A DNA stretch of 64,000 nucleotides from Dendrobates tinctorius (lineage: Eukaryota), in the NCBI RefSeq assembly GCF_039654945.1, contig NW_027361802.1, positions 5,270,001 to 5,334,000 on the forward strand, read 5' to 3'. The notes beneath the pieces were generated by a model. It did not search any database. It saw only the letters and a program-made list of their open reading frames with translations, and was not told the DNA's origin. This document shows, in pieces, positions 24,485 through 37,924 of this stretch. The translations under genes and the position numbers were made by a program. Each line of letters begins with the position of its first letter. The stretch's first letter is position 1.

Positions 24485-25430
24485 TTACTCCTGAGGGTTG
24501 GCCCTTTGCCCCAGGGGTTGCTTGTTTAAATGACAGGATCTTGCTAGGTGTCCCGCCTTGTTGAAGCGGCGACAGAAGGGTTGTCCGTCCTCGTCGTAAC
24601 AATCACTGTCTCTCCCTCTAGTCGGTGGGATCCTCTTCTGCTGTCGCCATGGGACGTCATCTGGACTGGGGGCCAGCTGAATCTTTTTCTTTGGAGTCAC
24701 TTGCAGGGACTGCTCAGTTTTTGTGAGTACAGTCACACTTTTGGTTAGTTCCTTGACTTGGAGACGTAAGTTTGCAGCAGAATCATCATCTTGGGACGGC
24801 TTGTCAGTCTCAATAGGGGTCTTTGGAAAGGATGCTGTCTCCTGCTGGTATGTAATTGCAGGATGCTTAGAGGGCTCTGTGCTGCTAGGATTCGGTTCAC
24901 GTAGCACTCGGATGGCTCTATCCTTAAAGTGTGCAAAGTCCAATTCAGGATTTTGTAGGGACATTATGCGCAGCTGTGTCCTTTGGTTGTTAGACTGGAG
25001 TCACTCTATGAACTACTCTGTTAGTAATCTATCTTCATCTTGCATGCTCTCAGGGTCAACCTGCTTTACAGCCCGTAGTGCCTCCTGAAGATTAAGGGCA
25101 TAGTCCTGTATACTGTCCTGCACTCTGTTTGCACCCAAAGAATCTCATTTTTATCTCTGTTGCAGTGCGGGTATCAAAAGTGTCTTTCAATCTGGCTAAG
25201 ATTTGTTGGACAGTTCCCTTATCAGTGTCCGGCCAGGACTTTACTTCCCTCTGGGCCGCACCAGTTAACTGGCCAGTGAGGATACTGACTTTTTGGTTTT
25301 CTGACAGGGGGTACACTTTGAACAAACTACTTAGTCTTTCTTTAAAATCGCTCAGGGTGCGCAACTCCCCTGAGTACTGTGGTTACCAGGCTGCTCCTGG
25401 TATATATGGCATTGATAGTGGCATTATGGA
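24485..25430 (-). pseudogene. gag: Gypsy gag, frameshifted
   Basis: ORF fragments 25092-25364 and 24485-24964 upstream of pol, with a degenerate zinc knuckle CRRFNKAGHLARSC. Confidence 0.85.
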
Positions 25431-25695
25431 GGCTGCGGCTGCCGCTGAATCTTCACCCGCGTTGGGCATTTTCTTCCTGTTTTTCACTTGCTCACAATAG
25501 AGCACAGCTCCAGCTTCACTGGCACGCCCATCTCTGATCGCACGCACTGTGTGACGCAGTTATGGCGGTTATTTGAAATCTCAGTCAAATCTTTAGCACT
25601 TAATTTAATAAAGTCTATGACACACAGTACCCAGCTTGGCCAGGCTCCTTTACCCAGCTTTGCTAGGCTCGCTAAATCCTGTTAGTGACGGCAGT

Positions 25696-26935
25696 TGGAG
25701 CGCCCCGTGGCGTGCGTGAGAGCGCGGCGCGGGCAGGGCTGTGGGGTACTGGGTACCGGGCCCGTCAACTTCAATGGGGGACGGTGTCACGGCGGCGACC
25801 CGGTCCGTGGCCCTGGGGCGTCCATTAAATAAAATAAAATAGGGGAAGGAAAAAAGTTGTTTGATGTTGAAGTGTGGTAAAAGTGAAGATAAAGTTTATA
25901 GGTGATTAATTACGTGACGCCACCTGTGGTATTCTGGTCAGAGGTGACCAGCGCTGTGGTGTTGTTCCCCTGAGACTGTTGGTGTGTCGCAGCTGAGGTG
26001 AAAATGGCTCTCCACAGGCAGAGCAATAGTCCCAGGGCAAAGATGTTTGATTAATAATTAAGATGGCTGTGAACTTTGGGGTACAGAGAAATGAGAGGAC
26101 ACAGAGAGGTACAGTTTCTTTACCTTTTACTGGCAATTGGTTGCCATCTGGAGTACCACATACAGATGATGGGATGAGTCCGGCTCGCCTGGAGGCATTC
26201 AGGGGATCCACCTTGCCAGGTGGGGGCTTAGGACCTTCCTTCTGCTCTTTGTGTATGGGTCTCCGCTGTTTATAACTATGCTGCGACCCTCAATTGCGTG
26301 ATTTCACTAACCTGTACGGCTGTCAGAATGAGCCTATTCCACGGGTACCGTCCTTTTCACCGTCAGCCACGGGCTCCTTATTTGCTGCCGTGCCCTAAGG
26401 TGCTCAATGTTGCACAGGAATTTACAATCCCCTGAACTTTCAGATTCGGCGATCAGGACATACAACTCCTGACCACCAAGGACTCTGGCGTCCTCTTTCT
26501 CTCTATTTGCGCTTCGCTCTGGGGGCGGCTATACGCAGTTTTTAGCTTCCCCAGAGCCTCTCTGTCTCTGCTCGTGTCTTTCCCTCTTCACAGATCAGTT
26601 CCCTGTCTTCAACTCTTCACAGATCAGCTCCCTCTCTTGAACTGACTGGACCTTCCAGAAAGATCTTTTTACCTCATGTTTCACTGTCTTGTCATTTTCT
26701 CTCAGCTCACAGCTTCTCTCGTTTCCATGACAACTCCTCAGCTCACTTCTAGCTGACTCACCAACCCTCTCTACTTGCCAGAATTTATAAGGCAACTCCC
26801 TTTTCTGACCTGCAGCAGGAATTGTGATTTAATCTATGTTACCTGGCATGGGGGTCCACTTTCTGCCTCCAAGCATGACTTCACATCTTAGAGGGAGGCA
26901 ATGTCACTGTGACAACCGGACTCTGGGGTGTCACA
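25696..26935 (-). repeat. 5' LTR of Gypsy element
   Basis: Direct repeat of 18730-19891, adjacent to the PBS. Confidence 0.93.
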
Positions 26936-28382
26936 TATGCACATGTTGTATCTGATTTTTTTTCACAGATAGAATATATACCCATCTTATCTAAGATGCA
27001 CATCACATGGCTGTCTTTTTTCATGGACTATGTGTCTATGCAAAACTCATGGAGACATGTCCATTATTTCCGGTATAATAGGTGAAAAGGGCCAATACTG
27101 TGGTTCTGTGAAAAATACGTACAGAACACAGAAGACATCAGTGTGCTGTGGATATTTCACATTGCAAAGGATAGGAGAAGCTTTGTACTTTCTTTCTTTA
27201 TCCGTCCGTGAAAAACAATGACACATTGATGGTAAAAACAGACACGCGGAGTACACACTGTTCTAAAACACTGATTACACGGCTTCATTCATGTACGAGT
27301 TTAAACACGGACATGTGAATGAGGCTTAAGGGTATGTGCTCAGAGGGTTTTTTGAGGAGTAATTGGAGTGGAAACTGAGCAGGAGCTCTCCAAATCCTCC
27401 TAAAAAATTCAAAACTTCTCAAAGCTTGGTGTTTTATCCCAGTTTCTACGCTAAAAACACTACAAATAACACTCTGTGTCTAAAGCGCCTCAGAGTATAT
27501 GAACACAGCATCTTTTTGAGTCAGATTACTGAAAAGGTGCTGAGAAAAAGCTCAAAAGAATGAACATACCTATTTCTATATAAAAACAACTTTCTGTACA
27601 TAAAAGTGCTTCTCACTAAATTAGAATATCATCAAAAAGTTACTAGCTATAATGTCTTCTTTCGACCGGCGTGGCCAGAAAGCCTAGAAGAATGACCCCA
27701 GCGTAGGACTCGCTTCTTGTCTCTTTCAGTTACAAGGGTCTTACCGGGAGGAAGCTGAGACAGCCTGACTGGAGTCACCGCGATCATGTTAGATGGTTCA
27801 ATGATATGCTGAGGCTTCTCTTCAAGGTCGTCTGTCAGAAAGGACCTGGAAAGCACATCAGCTTTGATATTCTTCTCTGCAGGATGAAAATGGAGAAATT
27901 GAACCGAGCAAAGAATTATGACCAATGAGCCTGGCAAGGGTTGAGTCTTTGAGCAGACTGAAGATAGGATAGATTCTTATTATCAGTGTAAATGATGACT
28001 GTATGAACTGCGCCTTCAAGCAGATATTGCTATTTTTCTAAGGCTAGCTTAATTGCCAGTAACTCTCTATACCCAATTGGGTAGTTACATTCACAGAGTA
28101 TGAATGCCTTGGAGAAGAAACTACAGGTCATCTTACTAGTAGACAGTTTTTGTGTGAGGACTACACCGGCTCCGGATGACGAAGCGTCCACTTCAAGGAA
28201 ACACTGCTTAGAATCATAGAATCGTAGAGTTGGAAGGGACCTCCTGGGCCATCTGGTCCAACCCCCTGCTCAAAGCAGGATTCGCTAAATCATCCCAGTC
28301 AGATGTCTGTCCAGCCTCTGTTTGAAGACTTCCATTGAAGGAGAACTCACCACTTCTCGTGGCAGCCTGTTCCACTCATTGA

Positions 28383-31050
28383 TCACTCTGTCAAAAAGTT
28401 TTTTCTAATATCTAATCTGTGTCTCCTCCCATTCAGTTTCATCCCATTGCTTCTAGTCTTTCCTTGTGCAAATGAGAATAAAGTTGATCCTTCTACAATG
28501 TGACAGCCCTTTAGATATTTGTAGACAGCTATTAAGTCTCCTCTCAGTCTTCTCTTTTGCAAACTAAACATTCCCAAATCCTGCAACCTTTCCTCATAAG
28601 ACAGGGTTTGTAGACCGGTCACCATTCTGGTCGCTCTTTTCTGAATTTGCTCCAGTTTGTTGATGTCATTTTTAAAATGTGGTGCCCAAAACTGGACACA
28701 ATATTCCAGATGAGGTCTGACCAAAGAGGAGTAGAGGGAAATAATGACTTCACGTGATCTAGACTGTATGCTTCTGTTAATACATCCTAGAATTGCATTT
28801 GCCTTTTTTGCTGCTGCATCACACTGTTGACTCATATTCAGTCTGTGATCTATTAGTATACCCAAGTCTTTTTTCACATGTGCTGTCACTTAGCCCTATT
28901 CCTCCCATTCTATATATGCTTTTTTCATTTTTATTGCCCAGATGTAGTACTTTGCATTTATCCCTGTTAAAAACCATTCTGTTAGTTGCTGCCCACTTCT
29001 CCAGTTTCTTTAAATCTTTTTGAATCCTCTCTCTCTCTTCTCTAGTATTAGCTATCCCTCCTAGCTTTGTGTCATCAGCAAATTTAATCAGTTTACCCTC
29101 AATTCCTTCATCTAAATCGTTGATAAAGATGTTGAACAATACAGGGCCCAGGACAGAGCCCTGTGGTACCCCACTTGAGACATTCTTCCAACTGGATGTG
29201 CAGCCATTTACGACCACTCTTTGGGTCCGATCACTAAGCCAGTTATGAATCCACCTAACAGTTGCCTTGTCCATTCCATACTTAATCATTTTTTCAATAA
29301 GGATTGTTTGAGAGACTTTGTCAAATGCTTTGCTGAAGTCAAGATATACTATATCTACAGCATTTCCTTGATCCACCCAATCAGTGATACCGTCATAGAA
29401 GGAAATTAAGTTAGTCTGACATGACTTATTAGTTACAAACCCATGCTGACTCTGTTTAATCACTTCATTCTTATCCAGGTATTGACATACATGTTGTTTA
29501 ATAATATGTTCAAAGATCTTTCCTGGTATAGAAGTCAGACTCACCGGCCTATAGTTGCCTGGGTCCACCTTCTTCCCCTTTTTGAAGATAGGAATAACAT
29601 TTGCTCTTCTCCAGTCTTCTGGCACTTCTCCTGTTCTCCAAGAATTTTCAAAGATTATGGAGAGGGGTTCAAAAATTTCTTCTGCTATCTCCTTCAGTAC
29701 TCTGGGGTGTAATTCATCTGGACCTGGAGACTTGAATTCATTTAGGTTAGCTAAGTGTTTCCTCACTATCTTTCTGTTTATAGATATCCTGGATTCTTCT
29801 ATTCCCTTAATAGGACAGTGAATAACAGTTGATGTTACATTTCCTTTCTGAGAGAAAACAGATGCAAAATAGGAATTTAAAAGTTCAGCCTTCTCAACAT
29901 CCTGTCTTACCATTTCATCATTTTCATCCTGTAAAAATCCTATAGCATCTTTGACTTTTCTTTTACTTTTGACATATCCCCAAAATCCTTTATTATTGCT
30001 TTTGACATCTCTTGCAAGCCTCAATTCATTTTCAGCTTTAGATAATCTGATTTGTGCCCTGCAGGTTCTGCAGACAGCATTATATTCTTCTTTAGATATG
30101 CCTCCCTCTTTCCATTTTATAAACATTTTTTTCTTCCTTTTTAGCATGTGCTTAAGTTCTGTGTTCATCCATCCTGGTTTCCTTAAATGCTTCCTATTCT
30201 TCCCTCTTTTCGGAATTGTTAACAACTGTGCTTTGAGAATTTCATTTTTCAAGATTTCCCATCCCTCCTGGACATTTTTGTCTTTTAGGATATCCAGCCA
30301 TTGGATCCCTCCAATTCTCTTTCTGAATCCCTTAAAATCTGCCTTTCTGAAATCTAACCTTGACGTCTGAGTCTTCACAGGTCTTCCGCCTCTAGTTATC
30401 CAAAATTCTAAAATAGCATGGTCGCTACCTCCTAGGGTCCCAGCCACTTTTACCTCCTCAACCATTTCCTCCCTGTTTATAAGGATTAGATCCAAGGTAG
30501 CAGTTCCCCTTGTTTTCTCCCCTACCTTTTGGAAGATAAAGTTGTCAGCAAGATAGGATAAGAATTTCCTTGACCTGTTAGTTTTGCCTGAGAGAGATTC
30601 CCAACAAATGTCTGGATAGTTGAAATCTCCCATGACAACTATGTCATATTTTTTGGAGAACTTGGCCATTTGATGCATAAAGAGTTCATCCATATCTTCA
30701 GCTTGCACAGGCGGCCTGTAGTAAATGCCTACAATGGTGTCCTTTCCATTGTTCTGTCCTTGTATTCTTACCCAAACAGTTTCCACAGAATTCCCAGTCT
30801 CTGAAGCTTCAATCTCTGTGCAGATATACATGTTTCTAACATACAATGTGACACCCCCTCCTCGTTTATCAAGTCTGTTTCTTGCAAATAAGTTGTATCC
30901 TTCTAGTCTTGTATTCCAATCATGTGTATTGTCCCACCAAGTTTCAGTGATTCCAATTACATCATATTTCTTTTCCTGTGTTAGTAGTTCCAATTCTCCT
31001 TGTTTGTTGCCCATGCTTTGTGCATTAGTATAGAAGCATTTTAGTTTGTG
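28383..31050 (-). pseudogene. CR1 ORF2 (AP endonuclease + reverse transcriptase), frameshifted near C-terminus
   Basis: 731-aa ORF with ITETWW, MGDFNYPD, GSDH, NYRPVSLTS, GVPQGSVLGP and KFADD; continues in another frame (28383-28889). Confidence 0.95.
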
Positions 31051-31193
31051 ATTGGTTTCTCTTTCTCCGATATTTTTATTAATTAGATTCTTTCGTCTTT
31101 GTTCTTCCTTTCCACTTCTAATAGCTGAGTTCTCAATAGCATTTGTCAGGTGTATGGCTTTTTCTGGTCTTTTGCTTCCCTTCCCATGTTGTT

Positions 31194-31433
31194 CTAGTTT
31201 AAAGCTCTCCTTACAAGTGTAGCAAGGCGACTTCCAAATACATGCTTTCCAGTCTTCGTAAGGTGCACCCCATCTCTAGCAAGTAGTCCATCGTATAAGT
31301 AGTTCACTCCGTGATCCAGAAATCCAAATCGTTGCTGACGGCACCATCGACGTAGCCAGTTGTTCACCTGCAGAATCTTATTCCACCTCCTTGTTCCATG
31401 GCCATCCACTGGGAGGATGGAAGAGAAGACCAC
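31194..31433 (-). pseudogene. CR1 ORF1 C-terminal fragment (SGNH esterase-like)
   Basis: VNNWLRRWC...GFLDHG...DGVHLTKTGK with a DxxH motif, directly upstream of ORF2. Confidence 0.85.
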
Positions 31434-34400
31434 CTGTTGATCACTGGTCTGTAAAGAGTTGGGGCTCTTGAGAATGCTTGTTTGAGGGAGGCGAAAGCTG
31501 ACTTGGCCTCAGGAGTCCAATCCTTTGGTTTAGAACCTTTACAAGTAAGGGTGGTGAGTGATCTTACCAGATAGGAGAAATGGGGAATGAATTGCTGATA
31601 GTAGTTGGCGAATCCCAGGAACCGCTAAATGGCCTTGATTTCCTCTGGTCGGGGCCACTTAAGCACGGCAGAGACCTTCTCTGGATTCATCTTGAGACCT
31701 GTATCAGAAATGATATAGCCAAGAAAGGGTAAGGACATTTTTCAAACTTTGCATAGAGACGATTCTCCCTCAATCTTTAAAGAATGAGACAAACATTCCT
31801 CCTGTGAATTGGTAAGTCAGGAGAAAACACCAGGAGGTTGTCCAGATATACCACCACACAGACAGAGCAGGTCACGGAATACGCCATTGACAAACTCCTG
31901 GAAGACAGCAAATGCATTACTTACCCAATATTCGTAGTGAGCATCTAGTGTGTTGAAGGAGGTTTTCCACTCATCCCCAGATTGTATCCTTACGAGGTTC
32001 TAAGTCCCACGGAGATCCAACTTGGTGAAAATCCTGGAACCTCGAAGACGATGAAAGAGCCCTGGAATTAAGGGACAAGGGTATTTGTTCTTTACCATTA
32101 TTAGGTTGAGACCACAGTAGTCGATGTATGGGCGAAGAGACCCATCTTTCTTCTTGACAAAGAAGAACCCAGCTCCAGCCAGGGAGGGCTTCTGGATAAA
32201 TCCTCGAGCCAAATTCTCCTTGATGTAATCGGACATGGCTTGTGTCTCAATGAGAGAAAGAGGGTAGATCCTACCTTGAAGTGGAGTAGATCCAGGGATC
32301 AGATCGATGGGACTATCATAAGGCCTGTGAGGAGGAAGTGTCTCGGCTTCCTTTTTGTCGAATACATCCACAAAGGATGAGTAGGCAGAATGTAACCCGG
32401 GTAAAACTGCAGGAGGCTGCAGAGTAGAACCAGGCCGTACTGGTTTGAGGCAGTGGTCATGACAGGACTGACCTAATCGAAGGACATCTCCAGACAGCCA
32501 ATCCAGGACAAGTTCTTGGAGGTGCAGCCACAGAAGACCTAGTAGAAACGGTGGAGAAAGGTTCGGTATCGCATAAAACGTAATTTTCTCCCTGGGGAAT
32601 GCTCCGATTTGAAGCTCCACCTCTTCGGTGATACCAAGAATGGGATCTTTCAGGGGTCTTTGGTCTACGAAGACAATGCACCAGGTCCGCTGCAGGGGAA
32701 CGATTGGGATCCCGAACCACCTGGCCACAGCTTGCTGGATGAAATTTCAACCAAACTCAGAGTCCAGATAGGCCATCTCGGAGAACCGCAACTTTCCGAA
32801 GATCACCTGTATGGAAATATTTAGTGGGAGAGAGGAGTCATTCTCACCTAGGAAGCCTCCCTTACCTGTCCTAGGCGTAAGAGTTCTTCCAGCCTCTCAG
32901 TACCACGGCGTTGGCTGGAGGCAGAGAGTCCACAATAACGATGCAGATTCCTAGCGAGCTTCTCCTCCTGTTGATGCCTCCTCACCTTTACGTGGTCAAG
33001 CTCCATGGGTTCATCCTCAGAGACCGGAGTGGGAGAAGGCGGAAACCGAGATTTCGGTGAAGAAGATGCTGGATGAGAAAACCGCTTCTCGAGAATCCTC
33101 TCTCTGGAGTGCTCCTGAGAAGCAGGTCAATCTGAATGGTGAGGGATATGAGATCATCCAGGGTAGATCACTGACTGCCAATTCTTCCTTGATTCTTCCG
33201 GATAATCCTCGCCGGAAGGCTCCGGCCAAAGGCTCATTGGTCCACTGGAGCTCTGAAGAAAGGAGGGAGAAACAGATGGCATACTGACCGACAGTGAGAG
33301 AGCCCTGGTGTAAATTAAATAGTGACTCCATGGCTGATGTGGCAAGACCAGACTCATCAAAAATCTTGCAAAAAGTGTACATGAATTCCTGCAGATCAGA
33401 AACAACAGGATCATTCCGCTCCAATAGAGGGTTGAACCAGACTAAAGCCTCTCCCTTCAGTTGAGAGGTAAGGAAAGCCACCTTGGCCATGTCAGTTGGA
33501 TAGCGCTAAGGCAACAAACAAAAGTGCAGCAAGCATTGGTTGAGAAATCCTCTTCACAACTTGGGGTCTTCATCGTAATAAGGGGGCTAGCAGAGACGAG
33601 GACAGGGTCCCGTAGTGGACACAACCGACGGATGCTGTAAAAGAGGCTGAAGGACTGGAGAGGCAGAAACCAGCGGTACCTTAGTTAACTGGTCAACCAC
33701 AGAGGTCATGTAGTCCAACAGGTAGGTCTGCATCTCACGTTGGCGATTGAGGGCCTGATGAATCTCTGCTAGCTGAGTCGCGATAATGGACTTGGCAGCC
33801 TGTAGAGTAGATAGACGGTTATCCAAGGCTTGCATGAAGGTCACTAGCTGATTCTGGCCCTGACGAAGTGCAGCCAGCTCTCTTTGGGCTGAGAATCTGG
33901 TATCAGCGGAGTCCATGGCCTGGGCAAACTGTTATGCCCACAGGGCATGATGAAGTATAGTGGACTCACTAGACCACTGATGGTGCAGTGGCAGCTGTAT
34001 ACCCGATACTTAAGAATCAGGAGAATGAGCTTTGTAAACCAAGGATGTTTAATAAAGAAGATTTGACAACAGCGAAAAGGTGCTAGAGAGGAGGACCCTC
34101 TGGATCACGACACTGTACCGCGTAATGGAGCTCTGGGTAAGATGTACCCCTATAAAGGGATTACCACGTCACAACACCAAGAGACCTAAATGCTGTGAAT
34201 TCCGGATCAAAGGGATGACCTGTACAGACAGGATAGAAGAGACTTGAGGGATGCTGGCTCTGTCGATGGAGAGAATCCCGGAAGCTCTGTATAATCCTGG
34301 AAAGGCTGATCCAGTCGATAGTGGTATATGGATGGTTCTGAGGGATCCAGGATAGCGAACAGCCAGCAGAGGATTCTATGGAGACAGAGATATCAGTATA

Positions 34401-34856
34401 AAGCAAAACAACGGACTTCTGATTGCAGAGCACTGAAGAACACAGCAGAGTGCGGCCTGCGTAAACGGCAACGATCCTATAGAGTGAACACGTTGCCCAG
34501 GCACCTCCCTTAAGGGAAGGATGCCTTTTATGCACAGAGCATCACATCACAGACAGCCCTAAGAGAGAACAGGTGCCCTGCTGCTTTAAGTATGTGCAGG
34601 AAGCAGGGTGCGCCTCCTAAGAGCATTTCCAGGAGACCTGCCAAGAGGATGCCGATTCCTAGCAGAGAAAGTAGCTGCTGATTATCTGGAGCCACAGACA
34701 GAGTGAACAGTACCAGTGGAGCTGCGAGATAGGTGCTGGTTTCCCTGCGCAGTGGAGACCGGACCCGAGGTTGTGGGCATGATAGAAGAGTGGCAGAGGA
34801 TCCCCAAATCCAGGTGTAAATACTTGTTGCATCATTCCCATGAAGTCTCATGGCTG

Positions 34857-35114
34857 TACTAGCTTAAAAGGGTGCTTTTACTCAATACTGAGAAAATGGT
34901 CTGAATACTTATAACCATGTGATATTACAGTTTTTCTTTTTTAATTAATTTGCAATAACTTCTACATTTCTGTCTTTTTTTTTTATAGACAAGATGGGGT
35001 GCAGAGTGTACATTAATGAGAAAAAAAAATGAACTCTTTGGAATTTACCAAATGGCTGCAATGAAATAAAGATTGAAAAATTTAAAGGGGTCTGAATACG
35101 TTCCATACCCACTG
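34857..35114 (+). mobile_element. Tc1 right-end fragment
   Basis: Repeated GGTCTGAATAC motif and terminal CCCACTG|TA. Confidence 0.75.
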
Positions 35115-35472
35115 TATTTGGCTGTACAGTACTGCTTAGCCACACAGTGAGAAATGGGAGAGACGGAGTACTGTTTGCCTCCTGGAGTTCAGATTTTCCT
35201 AGAATAGTTTGCGAGCCCCTAAGTGCTAGAAAAGCAGAAAACCCCCTCAAATGACACCATTTTGTAAATTATACCCCTTTGGAAATTTATCTATAGGTGT
35301 AGTGGAAATTTTGACTCCATTGGTGATTTCCCGAAACACGTAGTGGATGTTGCTGAGTAAAAATCGCAAACTGCCATTGAAGTAACTAGTTTGTTGAAGT
35401 GACCAGTATGTTGTAGTGCCCAGAACCGTATGCCCAGCTCATGCTTCTGGAGACACGCACCTGTAAATTAGG

Positions 35473-35822
35473 CGCAGAGAACAATAAATAATTGCAGCGG
35501 ATTATTCCTACTTGGCAATTAAAATCCATTTTATTGTTCCATATTTAAAATATTCCATTTGGCAGAAATCCTTATTATGCACAGTATTATAATGTGAATA
35601 ATAAGGATTTCTGCCAAATGGAATATTTTAAAGATGGAACATTAAAATGGATTTTAATTGCCAAGTAGGAAGAATCCGCGGGAATAATATGTTGTTCTCT
35701 GTGGATATTGCATCATGGGTGTGCCTCTCCCATTTCAACTCCGAGCGTCTTCCTGGCAGTGAGCAGATCTCCTAAAGATGACAGACTGGGTGAGCTGGCT
35801 ATAAACTTTACTTATTTGGATA
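35473..35822. mobile_element. TSD-flanked insertion with ~110-bp-arm hairpin (probably Penelope-derived)
   Basis: TGTAAATTAGG at 35462-35472 and 35823-35833; inverted repeat about 35474-35702. Confidence 0.7.
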
Positions 35823-36691
35823 TGTAAATTAGGTGGGCTTTCATCACTATAGAAATGCCAAACACGTGGGTGATAAATGTGGCTTAGGCACACTGTGGGA
35901 CTGAGAAGGGAGGGGGCATTTTGTTTATCCAGAGCCTTTGTGCTACTAATAACATGGAAGCCCTCTATATTTTCGTTAACAGATAATGGACCTGAGTGGG
36001 GACATGCTTTTTTGTGGATTGAGTTGAAGCTTTTGTTAGGAACATTTTACATAACATTTACGATCATATTTATCCAGCCCTATACGGTGAGCACTTACTT
36101 TGGGGTTTCCTTCTAAATCTCCAAGTGACGTGATTCAGATGAAACCTCTGAGGGATCCATTCACTATAATGAGGCAGAAGAGTTACTCTGGACTCCGTCT
36201 CGTCTCTGTTCATCATTGTTCTTCTTTTCAGAAGTGCACAAAACTGTGGTCGATCGTGCTTTTATACTCACCTAAAAAGATGGACACAGCCAAATCACAG
36301 GTCCTATTGTGTCCACAGTGCCTCCATTTGCCTCATTATAGGGAACCTTCTGCTGGGGGTTCCATCTGAATAACGTATTTCAAAGATTTACACAAAAATG
36401 CCGATGTAAACGATCAGCGTAGAGTGCAAGATAACTGTGCTGTGTGCCAAGTCCTACTGTGATCTTTTTAAAGGGAATCTGTCACCCCTTTTTTGAGATA
36501 TCATATAATGATATCATTCAATTGTGTGTCACATAAGGATTCACATAGTACTTTTGCTTCCCCCTGACAATGCACCTTTCATGCATAAATACCTTGTTTA
36601 TATCGGTTCAGATGTATGTAAACTGCCGCTGTCCGGTCCGCTGGGCGGGGCTTATTCACCCGCTTGTGGTAAAATTGATAAGGCAGATTTA

Positions 36692-37443
36692 GGCTAAGTG
36701 CACACGTTGCGGAACTCCCGCAGAAGTTACCGCGGGAATTCCGGAATTCCATTCCACTGGAAAACCGCATTTTAAATTCCCGCATCAGTAGTAAAAAGAT
36801 CTAATGTTAAAAATATTAAAAAAAAAAAAAAAAAAAAAAAATCGTGTTTTTCTCACCTTTTGACGTCCCACGCAGCGTTCCCGATCCTCGCGATGCTCCC
36901 GTTCCCAGTAATGCCTTGCGAGACCTTTGATGACGTCGCGGTCTCGCGATACTGTAGCAGTCTCGCGAGACCGCTATGTCATCACAGGTCCTTGCCGCAA
37001 GGCATTACTGGGAACGGGAATTGACGGGAGCATTGGTAAGGCTACGCCGGAAGGTGAATATAACCCGATTTTTTATTTTAATTCTATTTTTTACAGGGAT
37101 ATGGTACCCACAATCTGGAGGAGAATCACGTGTCTTCAAGCCCGTGGGTACGATCTGCAAATGTCCTGCTAACTTTTCGCAAGGTGGGCACAGCCACATG
37201 CGGAAAGTAAGCAGAACAATGCATTCCTATGTGGGCGGAATCAACGCAATTCCACAAAATAATGAGCATGCTGCGTATTTTTCTGCGATGTGATTCCACC
37301 GCAGGAAAATAAGCAGCATTAGCACAGTATTGCAGAATCCCATAGGATTGCATGGGATGCTGTTTTTTTGCATTTTCGCTGCAAAATCATGCGTTAAAAA
37401 CCGTCGCGAAAATGCGAAAAAACCGTAACGTGTGAACGCAGCC
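36692..37443 (-). mobile_element. PIF/Harbinger-like MITE (same family as 1339-2292)
   Basis: Reverse-complement similarity to 1339-2292, GGCT...AGCC ends, internal palindrome. Confidence 0.78.
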
Positions 37444-37817
37444 ATATTCTTCGGGTCAGTACAATGACAGAGAGTAGCCAAAAATAATTAGGCTATCATA
37501 CACAATAAAAGATATAAAGTATTAAGTTACGTACCGGTAACTGTATTTTTCGGAAGCCCATGACAGCACCACGAGAGAGGGGATCCGCCCTTCAGGAACA
37601 GGAAACCTACAGATACAAAAGGGCAGCACCTCTCCCACGCATCAGTTGGATTAAAGAGCTTGAGAGGCTACCATGGTTAGTACACAGCATATACACAATA
37701 TATACAACCTATCTATCCTATTCACCATTTTTTATACCCTCTCCCACATAAGGTAAATTTGTGAAACAATCTTCTAAAGAAGTGCACCCCTATACGTGAA
37801 CAAGGGAGGGAACTAAG

Positions 37818-37903
37818 GGTGCTGTCATTGGCTTCCGAAAAATACCGTTACCGGTACGTAACGTAATACTTTATTCGGACTCCCATGACAGCACCACGAG
37901 AGA
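37818..37903. repeat. DIRS internal complementary region (ICR)
   Basis: First half is the reverse complement of the terminus at 37516-37570; second half is the reverse complement of 42938-42971; joined at TTT. Confidence 0.92.
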
Positions 37904-37924
37904 ATTACAGAGATGTAAACTAAC

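Larger units (their letters stand above)
18730..26935 (-). mobile_element. Full-length Ty3/Gypsy LTR retrotransposon, defective
   Basis: Two highly similar LTRs, PPT next to 19891, PBS-like TGCCGTCACTAACAGGAT next to 25696, gag-PR-RT-RH-IN order, near-TSD CATG/TATG. Confidence 0.96.
28209..31434 (-). mobile_element. CR1 LINE, 5'-truncated within ORF1
   Basis: 3' tail of GATTCTAT-type repeats at about 28209-28228, APE-RT ORF2 and an esterase-type ORF1 end. Confidence 0.96.
27647..34784 (-). mobile_element. Sushi-type Gypsy retrotransposon, 3'-truncated and split by a CR1
   Basis: 5' LTR 33930-34784 (TGTTATGCCCACA...TGTGGGCATGATA); gag fragments (AKVAFLTSQLKGEALVW, LHQGSLTVGQY); pol LPPHRPYD, FFFVKKKDGSLRPYIDY, VVYLDN, FLEVDASS. 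Ends early in integrase. Confidence 0.9.
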
